This document shows positions 27,480-40,389 of a stretch of 64,000 nt of DNA, piece after piece. The position numbers were made by a program, and so were the translations under genes. Each line of letters begins with the position of its first letter. Position 1 is the stretch's first letter. This DNA is from Eledone cirrhosa (taxonomy: Eukaryota), in contig OZ024741.1 of NCBI GenBank assembly GCA_964016885.1, positions 239,072,001 through 239,136,000 on the forward strand, in the 5' to 3' direction. Under the pieces are notes generated by a model that saw only the letters and a program-made list of their open reading frames with translations, did no database searches and was not told the origin of the DNA.

Positions 27480-28520
27480 ATACATATATATATGTACACA
27501 CACAGACATACATATATATATGTATACACACACTAACATATGTATATATACACACATACACGCACATATATATATATGGGCCTTCCAATTTCATTTTACA
27601 TTATATACATGTCTGTGTATATTTTAATTTCTTTTTAATTATTTTTAAGTGATCGTAACCCAACCGGTCATGGGTAGTCTAGTATATTACTAAAACTCTG
27701 TTATTGTGTGCTTGTCTGTAATTTAATACAGCCAAAACGCCACATAATAGGAAAATACTTTGAGAGGAAGTTGCCCCTGAAATGGGAATATAAATGGAAT
27801 AAAACAAGTTTCGCATAAATCGAAGCAAAGGTTCCAAGATACGTTTTTTTTTTACCTTCATAAATAGAGAGAAAGATAGAGGGAAAGAGATGGTGGTTGT
27901 GAGAGAGTAGATTGAAAGTGAGACATGGAGAGAGACAGAGAAGGAAAATGGAAGAGAGAGAGAGAGCTGGTGGCATTGTTGAATGAAATTATAACAAGTG
28001 ACTTCAAAGAATCAAATACAGCATCACTGTATCTAGCTTGAATTTGGTGACTGAATACTAAGTTTTATGTATCATATAACTTGTGTTAGGACAGGTTGTG
28101 TGTAGCAAATATTTCCTGCTAAATAGGAAGGGTTTCTAAATGTGTGTGTATATGTGTGTGCATATATATATGTGTGTGTGTGTGTGTATATATATGTGTG
28201 TGAATGTCTGTGACCAGTGTATATAGGTCACAGACACCCACCATCCTCCCACTCCCCCCAACACCACCCTTTCTCTGTAAAGTTATGTTGGTACCACAGA
28301 ACATCCAGTCCAAACTAAAGAGGTCGTGTAGGTGTCATGACAAAAAAGCACCCAGTCCACACTGTAAATGTGGTTGGTGTTAGGAAGGGCATCCAGCCAT
28401 AGAAAACCTGCCAGATACAGTCCTATACGAGTGAGACACAGTCACCCGATCAATCTTGCCTCAAGTGGAACAGTTTCCGTCAAACCCATGCTAGCATGGA
28501 AGATGGACATTAAACGATTA

Positions 28521-28554
<34 letters not shown>

Positions 28555-28741
28555 TCACACACACACATATATGTTTACACACACACACATATATACACAC
28601 ACATATGGGCCTTCCAATTTCATTCTACATTATATACATGTCTGTGTATATTTTAATTATTTAAAAAATATTTTTGAGTGAATATGATTTTCAAAAAATA
28701 TTTCTAAGTGAACGTGACCCAACGGATCATGGATGGTCTAG
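26360..28741 (+). mobile_element. Head-to-tail array of three non-autonomous Helitrons (ends at 26980, 27682, 28741)
   Basis: 5' TCTATATAATACTAAAAG. Each unit ends with a TGACCC-AAC-GGGTCA-type hairpin about 8 nt before CTAG, followed by T. Unit 3 carries an RTE-tail insertion at ~28230-28525. Confidence 0.8.
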
Positions 28742-28861
28742 TAGTTTTATAAAATTCTATTGTTTTATTTTGTTACAAATATAATTATTTGTAATTAAAT
28801 TGGGTGGTAGAGATACAATCCATCATGGCTGAGTATTCCATAGACATATATATATTATTTT

Positions 28862-28978
28862 ATATAGAAATGGCATCTGCAGGACTAGACTGTTCCATTT
28901 GTAATGAAATTATCAGGTCATTCCTGATGATTTCATACGAATGAAACAGTTCTGGTCCTGTAGAAGTCATTTCCATAT
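28862..28978. repeat. Imperfect palindrome (~50-bp arms) containing CTGATGA...GAAAC
   Basis: Left arm GAAATGGCATCTGCAGGACTAGACTGTTCCATTTGTAATGAAATTATCAGG mirrors the right arm around loop TCATT. Confidence 0.75.
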
Positions 28979-29087
28979 GAAATTTTTAAATGCCTATACT
29001 CTACTAATATATTGAATACCTTTTTTAACTGAGGTTGCCCCCCCCCTCCCCCCCACACACACACACACAACTCGGGAATCTACATAT

Positions 29088-29126
<39 letters not shown>

Positions 29127-29169
29127 ATAATAAATGTGAAGACTAAAATTCAAAGAGGGCTTGATAAGG

Positions 29170-29236
<67 letters not shown>

Positions 29237-31019
29237 TATATTTAAAAAAAGGTGAAAAAGCAGCGATTCTTTGCTTAAACTTTAATCTGTACTTATAATA
29301 AATATATATATATATATATCGTAAAACAGTGATGATGATGATGGTGATGATGATATATGCATATATATCATCATCATCATCATTCTTTAGCATCCACTTT
29401 CCCTGCTATCAAGGTTTGGGTTTACATAGACCAAGTCACTACTGAAGCAGGCTTACAGACTTCCCAGTCTGGCCAAGGTTCTGCATTTCATTTACATATG
29501 GTCTTGCACAGGAGAGGTTGTCATGTTCTTGACACAACTGAAGGGGCCTCTCAACACTTTTAGGCATGGTTTTTACAGCAGGGTGCCCTTCCCATCGCCA
29601 ACCATCCTTATGGAGTATACCAGGTGCATTTTCATGGCACTATCACTAGAGAAGTCATTGGTCATAGTCCTAATTGACTGCCCTCTGTTCTCAAGGGAGG
29701 GGGCGATAGGTATGAAGTTATTGGGGTATGTGGTGATTAGGCAGAGAAAGGTGATTTGTGTATGAGAAGAGATGTAGTGATGTGGGGGGATGTGGTTGAT
29801 AGAGTTCAGGGGGCAGTGATAGAGAGATAAGTAAGAGTGGTACTGTGAGGGATGCACAAGGGATAGGGAGAGTAGCTACTAAGGGCCTTAGAGGGGGGTG
29901 GGTATTTCTGAAGGAGGAATAGGTGGTGGGTGCAGTAGTAGTTAGAATACTGCTACGGAGTGCTAGTGGAAGGAAGTGGGGAGGGGGGGGGGAACATATG
30001 GATGAGTCAGGTCATATTGTATGCATAAGGCCAGGTCTCTCTCTATATATATATAAATATATAGTAGTTAGGGTGTTCAGCTCATGGTTATAAGGTAATG
30101 AGTTGGATTCCTGGACTAGGTAGCACATTGTTAATGAGAAAAACATTTAATTTAAAATTACATCAACTCAACTAAAAATGTCTTTTCAGGGCTTCTGAAA
30201 GTGAGGGTGGGGGAGGGAGGAATCTTGATACTGAATTCATTATGTTCTCTCAAATTAAACATATTGTAATAATTTAGCAGAAAATATTTAAACATGAGCT
30301 TGTTAATCCAAACGTTTAGAGTATCTTTACTAGCAGACAGAGTGCTGTGAAAATTTGAAGTGTTTAAAGAAAAGACATTAATTTTTAATGTGATGCAATC
30401 ATAGTGCTGTTTTGTACTTTACAACAATGTGGTTTCATACAGTACAGTATGTTATGAGTCACGTCAACTGTTGTATCTCATTATGGTCAACTCCTTATAT
30501 GGGATTAGCAATGAAAAATAAACAAGTTAGTTAATTTGATCAAAGTTTTCAGGCAATGTTATATATAGTCCCCCTTGGGGGAAATATAGGATATAACAGA
30601 AAAAGACAATCATATTATCATGTTTTTCTTATTAAAAATTGAAAATGGAAAGAAAATAATTCTATTTCATTTAAAGAGCAAACATGATGTTTGTTAAAGT
30701 GTCAACCTAAAATTAACAACCATGTCTATTTTATAGTTATTGTTCTTGTTAACTCCAGGCTGGTCCTACTTGAATAGATTTATTGCAAGAACCTCTTTGG
30801 TTGTTGCTATTATCGTTGAGTAGACCTTTTCCAGCCATGACCACACTGTCTTTTTTTCTTTTTCAATTTCTAGTTATAATATACATTGGACTACATTATC
30901 TGTTGTGTTCTTTATTCTTTTTAGGATAGTAAGGTGTGATTTGAGGGGAGATTAGGTACCATTTCTAGCAATTTGAGAAACCATGTAGAGGTTACTAGGA
31001 CTTTAGTCCTAGTAAGTAG

Positions 31020-32620
31020 AAAGGAAAATGGGGCCCAGGTCCCCCCAGGGAAATGGCCTTGTTCAATGTGCAGGAAAGGAGTAGGTAGAAATTACATCTT
31101 ATGCTCCAAATTCAAACTATGAGTACACAAGAGATATAGTTGGATCTCAGGCAGGCTAGCATGAGCTTACAGAAAACAAGCTCTTTTAAATGCCCAGAAG
31201 GCTCTGTAGAAGTAGTTGATAGTTTCTATTACTTAGGGGACCGAATTAGCAATGGAGGACAGTGTTCTGAAAATATAGTAGCCAGAGTGATAATGAGATG
31301 GAAATAGTTCAGTTAGCTACTACTTCTGCTAGCAATAAAAGGTTTTTCCCTCAAAATAAAAGGCAGATTGTATGAAGTTTGTGCATGAACAGCAATGTTA
31401 CATGGAAAAGAGACCTGGGTGGAAATAAATGAAGCTTACATGTTCCAATGGATGTGTAATAGTAGATTGCATGAACAACAAAGGATTAGTGAAGTGAGAG
31501 AGAAACTAGGCATAAGAGGGGTCTGATGCAATGTACAGGAGAGGGGATTGCAGTGGTTTAAACACGTGATACATATGAAGGATGACAGCTGTATAAAAAG
31601 GTGCAGGACAATCAAAGTCAATGGTAACTATGGAAAAGGAAAACCTGGCATCATACTATACAACACAAGACCTGTCTTCCCATATGCACAAAATGAAATG
31701 AAACAAGCATGTAGAGGACACACTAGTCTACACCAATCTTCTCTCCACCCCTCCCTATTCACTCTCCCCAGTCTTAATACCCTACCCTTACCTGCTAAGT
31801 ATCCCATGCCCCTAGTTGCTTACCTGTCACCCCCCCCAAAAAAAATCCTCATCCCTGATACAGCTCACTTGACATCTGATCTCCCACAATACCATTGCTG
31901 ATCGTATACACACATCATACAGTCAGCCTTCCATTTGGAGGGAAAAGCCTTTTGTATCTAGCAATAGTAGTAGCTCCTTGAACTTCATCCAACCTGTTCT
32001 TTCTCTGGCTACTGTACCTGCAGAACACCCACTCCCTGCTAATTTAGTCACCCAGGTAGCAGAAGTTGTCTACTGCTTCTACCAAGCTTTCCTGTGGTCG
32101 ATCGCTGCTTACTGTCCCGGTGCAACTGCTACATGTAAAGCCTACATGACAAAGGACTGAGATCTCTGGCATTACACAGTAATACAGAAAACTGATGTCC
32201 CATGGGCACAGGCTTAAGCTGAAGCATATATATAGTATGCACCACTCCACCCTCTCCCATACATCTCCCATGAGGACAGGCTGAAGTATAGATCCAGTGA
32301 AACCTACATTGTAAAGTGGTCGTGATGGCAACACGGCAAAAAACGCCCAGCCCACAGTGTAAAGTGGTCATGTAGGTGTCATGACAAAAAGCACCCAGTC
32401 TGCACTGTAAAGGGGTCATGTAGGTGTCACGACAAATAGCACCCAGTACTCACTGTAAATGAGGTTGGCATAAGGAAGGGCATCTAGCTGTAGAAAGCAA
32501 ATTCGAATCAGTTCTGTATGAGCAAGACATGGTCACCTGACCTGGCATTGCTCACAACAGGATAACTTGTCTTATCCATGCTAGTGTGGAAATATGGACG
32601 TTAAATGGTGATGATGATGA
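31020..32620. mobile_element. Decayed RTE fragments: + strand RT C-terminus (31020-31650), - strand fragment (~31930-32130), + strand 3' tail (~32130-32620)
   Basis: GKWPCSMCRKGVGRN, FYYLGD and MKDDSCIKRC match the RTE at 53585-55378. The tail ends in (GAT)n. Confidence 0.75.
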
Positions 32621-32799
32621 TATATATACATATATATATATATATAAGGATTAAAATACTGGAGCGTGTTGGAGTTAAACACCCTCTTCGTATTATAGAA
32701 ATGACAGTAAAAGGTATAGCTCAATGTAATTAAACAGAGCCGAAGAATTATGAAAATAATTATGAAAATAATAATATTTTCATAATAAATATATATATA

Positions 32800-34060
32800 T
32801 ATAAATATATATTTATTAAAATAACAGATTAAAGTTTAAGCAAAGAATCTCTGCTTTCACCCTTAGCGGGATCTTCTGAAACTAACAAAGTCAATCTGTA
32901 AACGCAGAAGTGGGTATTTCAAAAAACGTTGCAACCGGAGGAAGACAGGAAGACGACACTTTGGTTCGTGGTAACGTTCGCTGGCAAAGAACGGGAAAAA
33001 ACGAATATAATACGTCATTAATAGGAGCGGTGAAAAACAATTACGCGCAAAGACAGAACCACGTTTATGGTATAAAAGAGGTCGTAGACTAATGTTCTCT
33101 TAGGTGGTGCATAGAGACGTTCTCTGGCAATGAACGAAAAAACGAAGATAATACGTCATATGTGGAGCGTAGAGAACAATAGCACGCAAAGACAAAACCA
33201 CGTAAATGGTATAGCAGAAGTCGTAGACTAAAATTCTAACTAGGAGACCGAATGAATCTCCGTTTCAGAGTTAAGAACAAAGTAAATAAATACAATACAG
33301 AAGTAATAGAAATAAATAAATACATACACAAGCATACGCAAAACACTTACCATAGGTATACAAAACCACGCACATATAAATATGTGTGTGTGTGTATGCG
33401 TGTATACAAATAAAATAATTAAATAAACGTATATAAATAAATAAATACGTATATAACAAGCGCACACACATACCTACATGTAAATACACGAATGTTCGGA
33501 GACGTAAGTCATCCAAAACATGAAGTACACATATACACACACCCTACATACGTAAGAACCTGCATACTCACACAGACGCAAAACTCCCGTATACACATAG
33601 CCAAACCATATGTACCAGAATATATAAAATTATACGCCATAACATAAACAATCAAATATACGTACGAGAAGGTATACGTACCTTCACAAAACATACGGGT
33701 AATATATACTTACCTATGCAAATAAGTAATGGTATAAACAAAACATATACTTAGCTCCCACATCAAGACGTAAAATATCCACGTATAGATCGTACTATCC
33801 GTTAGGGTATAATGTGGGGCTGTAATACAGGAAAGTTTTGTGCAATTTATGTTTACAAGCCGAAATTGCCTCAGATTTTTTGTTTAAGATGTAGTCTGTG
33901 ACGTAGCGTATTTCCAGGGCCTCAGCGGCGCAGAGGTCTCATGTCTTTTATTTCCGTTATACGATCTAGCCCTAGCTAGGATCTCCCAGTGTAACTTATA
34001 TTGGGTGTGGTTGTCTTTTAGACTCCAGATATAAGCTGAAAGTGACGTCATATTCCATGA
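32800..34060 (-). mobile_element. 3' fragment of a second Penelope-like family (GIY-YIG C-terminus plus terminal repeat)
   Basis: TSLSAYIWSLKDNHTQYKLHWEILARARSY resembles the PLE endonuclease C-terminus. It ends in a hammerhead-like CAGAAGA-CCC/GGG-GAAA and then TTAATCTGTTATTTTAATAAA into (TA)n. The same terminus occurs at ~29250-29305 and ~35345-35370. Confidence 0.65.
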
Positions 34061-34444
34061 CAACATGCAAAATATAACTTTTATAAATGTAACTTTATAT
34101 ATATATATATATACACACACATATTTATATATACACACATATATATATGTACACACACACACACTCACACATATATATATCATCATCATCATCATCATAT
34201 ATATATATATAAATCCATGACAACATGCAAAATAGATTTTAACTGTTAATGCTGATGATGTTATGGCAGGCATCTGTAGTTTACATTGATCAAATTCTAC
34301 TCACAAAACATTGGTTAACCCAAGCCTATAGAAGCAGAAACATGCTCAAGGTGGCACACAACATCACTGAACACAGAACCATGCAGCTGTGAAATGAACA
34401 CCTTTTCCACACACACTTACTGGTTCATATATATATATATATAT

Positions 34445-35301
<857 letters not shown>

Positions 35302-35437
35302 ATATATATATATATGTATATGTATATTTATATATATATATATATTTATTAAAATAACAGATTAAAGTTTTTATTTTAATAAATATTTGCTCTACGGTTC
35401 TTATATATTGGATTTTAGTCTTCAAATTTATTATTAT

Positions 35438-35527
<90 letters not shown>

Positions 35528-35609
35528 CGAAGGAAATGTGGTAAGGAACCAGGTGGACCATAACGCACCAAAGTACTCAATACTTAGGGTAGTAGAGTGG
35601 GTAATAGGA

Positions 35610-35730
35610 ACGAGTAGGACCCCGACGGCTGAGCTCAAGCCGTTTCGACGGCCAATTCTGGACTAAAAAATGTTTAGTCCAGAATTAGCCGTCGAAACGG
35701 CCCGAGCTCAGCCGTCGGGGTCCCACTCGT
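35610..35730. repeat. Near-perfect 121-bp palindrome (58-bp arms, 4 mismatches, 5-nt loop)
   Basis: ACGAGTAGGACCCCGACGG...GGACTAAA-AAATG-TTTAGTCC...CCGTCGGGGTCCCACTCGT. Confidence 0.9.
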
Positions 35731-35737
35731 ATATATT

Positions 35738-35768
<31 letters not shown>

Positions 35769-35835
35769 ATTTATATATATATATTTATATATATATATAT
35801 ATATTCATATATATATATATATATATATATTTATT

Positions 35836-35866
<31 letters not shown>

Positions 35867-35867
35867 T

Positions 35868-35898
<31 letters not shown>

Positions 35899-36036
35899 AT
35901 ACTTTGGGAGGGTCATGTTGCCAATAAGAAACACACGCACCAGTTGCTTTCACTTCAATTTATTATAATAAATTTATAAATTTATAAATTTCTGGCTGGT
36001 TAGTTGGTTCCACAACCAGATAGTTGTTTATATATT

Positions 36037-36079
36037 GTCATAGTTCTTTCGTCACACACTCTGTGACCTCTTCAGTGAC
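36037..36079 (-). ncRNA. Minimal type I hammerhead ribozyme in the PLE terminal repeat
   Basis: Stem I GTCA/TGAC, CTGAAGA(G), stem II GTCACA/TGTGAC, GAAA, short stem III G-AA-C, CUA cleavage triplet. Confidence 0.7.
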
Positions 36080-36280
36080 TGGGGATTCCTTTCTTTGTTT
36101 CTGTGCCTCTCCTTTGTTCTGTCCTACGCCATTTTGTTTCTGTGTGTGTATTGTGTGCTCAGTCTGCGCATGCGCCACATCCGGGTGTCTGTGTGTGTTT
36201 ATGTTCATTTATTTATTTGTTTATTTACATGTTACTGGTTGGTTGTTTGTTCTATGTTTGTGTGTGTTTTCATTTTGTCC

Positions 36281-39094
36281 TTAATTGTAAGTTGTGATGT
36301 TGCTGTTCCACTCATATTTTCTATTTAATTTTGGTTGTAATTCTTTTATGTCTATTGCCTCTGTAATTTGTCTAAACATTGCGTCTTTTCTGTGTGTAGA
36401 TTCTATTTTTATTTCTATGTTCTCTAATTTACCCTTGTGTTCTATTTTAGCATGTTGGTAGAGTACAGAAGATACTTTACTATCTTGAAGGTCTCACCAG
36501 TGTTCATTTATCCGTTCCCCTACACTACGAGCTGTCTCACCTATGTACACTTTATTTTTGTCTCTACATTGTCCTTCGGTACATCTTATGCTATACACTA
36601 CATTTCTAGTTTTACAGTTAATATGGGGGCTTATTTTACAGGTTATACATTTCTTATCTATACATGAGGGTCTTTGAAAAGGGTATGTATTGCTAATGAG
36701 TGTTTTTACGGAGGTACCTAGTCTTTCTACTATCTTAATATTGAGTTTATGTTTATTTAGGGCCCTTCTAAATTTGTAAGCTAATTCACCTCTAGGGGTT
36801 GTATCGATGAACATTACACTCTGGTATTTATTGCTATCATACCATGAGTTTATTCTATTAGCCTTGTTCCTAGTTCTTTCTATTCTATTCCAAAATTTGC
36901 TCCTATACAAGGGGCAGGTCCCATTTATGTCATTATTTACCATTTTTTCCCATTTGGTTCTGGCTCCTCTATACACTCTGATTTTATTTCTCTGATTGTA
37001 GCCAGAGAACTGCATACGGTGGATGAAGTGTTGTATGTGTCTCTCTAGTTCTTCGGGTTGGCACAGGCGGGACACGTTTCTCATCACCCATACCAAATCC
37101 GCAATCAGTATGTTGATTTTGGTATGGTCCGAAACGGCCGAGTTTCGGTGGATCAGATGTTTGGAAGTCATGGGTTTGGCATAATGGGAATGGAGGATTT
37201 GTTTTTTATTATTAATTGTTTCTACTTTAGGCACAAGGCCAGCAATTACCCAGTGCATTACTGGTACTTTATTTTATCGACCCCGTAAGGATGAAAGGCA
37301 AAGTCAACCTCGGCGGGATTTGAACTCAGATCGTAAAGGGACATAACTATGCTGGAAAGCATGGCGTCCGACCCTCTACCGATACTGCCAATCCACCGCC
37401 CTTGTTTTTTATTATTAATGGTATCTAACCAGAGCTATGTGTCTAGTACAGGTAATCGATGGTTGGGGTGTTTACTTGGGTAGTCTATAGTAACTCTAAT
37501 GCTCTGGTGGATGGAGTTAGCTATTTGCTGGATGCTTTCCATTGTTTTTCTCTAGTTCCTGACTGTTCTTTAGTGGGGGTGTCTTAACTACGATGTTTAT
37601 ATCATCAACGTAGCGGGAGTACATTATCAGGGTTAAGGGGTCTTCTAATTGTTCTTTAAGTTTAAGTTTAAGTCTACTGTCCCACCATACCATGAATAAG
37701 TTAGCTATGTCGCCTGCAATGCTAACACCAATGGCTGCTCCTTCCTCTTGGGCATATGTTTTTCCATTAAATTTGAACGTATGTTCCTTAAGGGTTAGTT
37801 TTATGCTGGCCCCTACCGCATGTGCAATCATTTTCTTCAGTTCATCGTGGTTTTCGGGTGTCCGTATGGCTCTGGTCCACCCGTTCCATCTATCTGTGTG
37901 GGTTTTCTTGGCCATTGAGGTAATGGTAGGTGGTCTGCCTCTTGATGGTCTTGTAGGGCACAGGTTGCTAAGGTCATATGTGTCTAGGTAATTATTACTA
38001 TAGGTAAGTTTAAGTAGGAGTCCCAGCTCACTGGTATCAATCCCACGGAACTCAACATTGCTCTCACTGATCATTTCTACGCATTTCTCCACAGCAAAAT
38101 CCACGTCAATAGATGGATACAGGGACACAACATCCATACTACCTATTATGCAGTTTGTTAGGTCCCTAGATCGGTTACTCACGCCGATTCTGCTGAGGAG
38201 GTCCTCCGTGCTGTCACATACATCTGGGGACATTTCAATGATGGGGCGTATGATCAGGGAGAGGAAGTAGGACAGTCTGTAGTTACTAGCAATGTTAGCT
38301 CCACAGACTGGCCGTGTTGGTGGTCCCGCGACAGGGTCACTGCCCGTTTTATGGTCTTTTCGAAGCCCATACAACGCCGGCACGTCATTGTTCCAGGCCT
38401 GGAAGTTGTTGGCAGTCCTTTTGTTGGGCTGCATTATATTCGTCCACATCACCATATGGGCATTGAGGGCTTTTTCTCTATCCTCATGCTCCTGTGGTGT
38501 TACCTCTCTTGTGTTAGTGATGTGGGGTTGCATTGCCTGGATGTAGTTTGGCAGGCTGTCAACCGATATCCTGCCAGACTTGTCTGTTGGAAAGCATGCT
38601 ATCTCTCCATTACGCGAGCGCTGCATGAGCTTACGCAAGCCATTTGCAGATTTTTCTGCCAGTTGCTGGGCCTCCATTCTATTATGCTTCTTGCTATACT
38701 GTTCTATAATATTTCTAAGTTCGGATCTAGCTATACTAAATTGTGCTTCTGTTTGTTCATCGACCTGCGACGGCAATTGCGTGCGTTTGTTAAATGGTAA
38801 AGTCGTGGCGTGGACTCGTCGCAGGTCGAACGATTTATCGGAGGGATTATAAAACGTAGAGTTCCAGGCTGCTGCTTTATGTGTACTAGTGATATTGTTA
38901 TTGTTAATTGTGTTGTTTCTATTTCTATTTCCACCAACAGCCTCATGGTTGTTTCTATGTCTCTCATAATTACTCCTGTCTCTTTCCACTGGCTCATTGT
39001 TGTTATCTACCCTATTTTGTGTGTCTGTGTGTTCGTCTTGGTTATTTTCTTTGTCCTTAGTCTCCCTTCTCCTTCTAATCCTATTACTTTCCCT
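36281..39094 (-). pseudogene. PLE RT-GIY-YIG ORF disrupted by a frameshift (~37540), a SINE-A insertion and CGA>TGA at 36494
   Basis: ORF pieces 37517-39106 and 36494-37258. The inverted copy shows the read-through EHWRDLQ...NITTYN*. Confidence 0.85.
37217..37401 (-). mobile_element. Full-length 185-bp SINE-A with 18-bp TSD inside the PLE ORF
   Basis: TTGTTTTTTATTATTAAT at 37199-37216 and 37402-37419; no poly(A) tail. Confidence 0.92.
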
Positions 39095-39689
39095 AAAGAC
39101 CCTCATGTATAGATAAGAAATGTATAACCTGTAAAATAAGCCCCCATATTAACTGTAAAACTAGAAATGTAGTGTATAGCATAAGATGTACCGAAGGACA
39201 ATGTAGAGACAAAAATATAGTGTACATAAGTGAGACAGCTCGTAGTGTAGGGGAACGGATAAATGAACACTGGCGAGACCTTCAAGATAGTAAAGAATCA
39301 TCTGTACTCTACCAACATGCTAAAATAGAACACAAGGGTAAATTAGAGAACATAGAAATAAAAATAGAATCTACACACAGAAAAGACGCAATGTTTAGAC
39401 AAATTACAGAGGCAATAAACATAAAAGAATTACAACCAAAATTAAATAGAAAATATGAGTGGAACAGCAACATCACAACTTACAATTAAGGACAAAATGA
39501 AAACACACACAAACATAGAACAAACAACCAACCAGTAACATGTAAATAAACAAATAAATAAATGAACATAAACACACAGAGACACCCGGATGTGGCGCAT
39601 GCGCAGACTGAGCAAACAACACACACACAGAAACAAAATGGCTAGGACAGAACAAAGGAGAGGCACAGAAACAAAGAAAGGAATCCCCA

Positions 39690-39732
39690 GTCACTGAAGA
39701 GGTCACAGAGTGTGTGACGAAAGAACTATGAC
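39690..39732 (+). ncRNA. Minimal type I hammerhead ribozyme (inverted-repeat copy)
   Basis: GTCA CTGAAGA G GTCACA GAGTG TGTGAC GAAA GAAC TA TGAC. Confidence 0.7.
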
Positions 39733-39924
39733 AATATATAAACAACTATCTGGTTGTGGAACCAACCAACCAACCAGAAATTTATAAATTTATTATAATA
39801 AATTGAAGTGAAAGCAACTGGTGCGTGTGTTTCTTATTGGCAACATGACACTCCCAAAGTATAACAATATCGGTTTCAACACACGATTTCAGATAAAGAA
39901 TCTTGCTAAACTAATTCAGAAACG

Positions 39925-39967
39925 AAATATATATATATATTAATATATATATTTATATATATAAATT

Positions 39968-40032
<65 letters not shown>

Positions 40033-40125
40033 ATATACATATATATATTTATATATATATATTTATATATATATATTTATATATATTTATATATATATAT
40101 TTACATATATATATTTATATATATA

Positions 40126-40206
<81 letters not shown>

Positions 40207-40255
40207 ATATATATTTATTTATATATATATATTTATATATATATATTGATATATA
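39925..40255. repeat. Long (TA)n/(TTTA) microsatellite; similar tracts at 11138-11195, 29090-29240, 35200-35527, 35730-35890, 40697-40787, 42355-42580, 48255-48312
   Basis: Directly visible in the sequence. Confidence 0.95.
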
Positions 40256-40389
40256 TGTAGATAAATCTACCAAAATGTACGGTAGTGTCCAATCCGTATG
40301 AAGAACTCAATGTAATCCGAATATCATGAAAAGAGAAGATGTATTAAAAAAAAATTTTGCGAGGAAAAATACAGGAAAACAGAGTCAAG

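Larger units (their letters stand above)
35891..39870 (-). mobile_element. Penelope-like retroelement (RT + C-terminal GIY-YIG), 5'-truncated, with ~780-bp inverted terminal repeats (35891-36675 / 39095-39870)
   Basis: RT motifs TDKSGR, YGLRKDHK, PTRPV, SMDVVSLYPSI, QEEGAAIG, RYVDD. Endonuclease CIDKKCITC..NVVY..YIGETAR..ERINEH. The 39095-39870 arm is the reverse complement of the 3' end. The element sits in (TA)n. Confidence 0.92.

Noticed and set aside
36494-36496. In-frame TGA in the PLE endonuclease as selenocysteine
   Set aside because: The inverted copy has CGA (Arg), so a CpG transition explains it.
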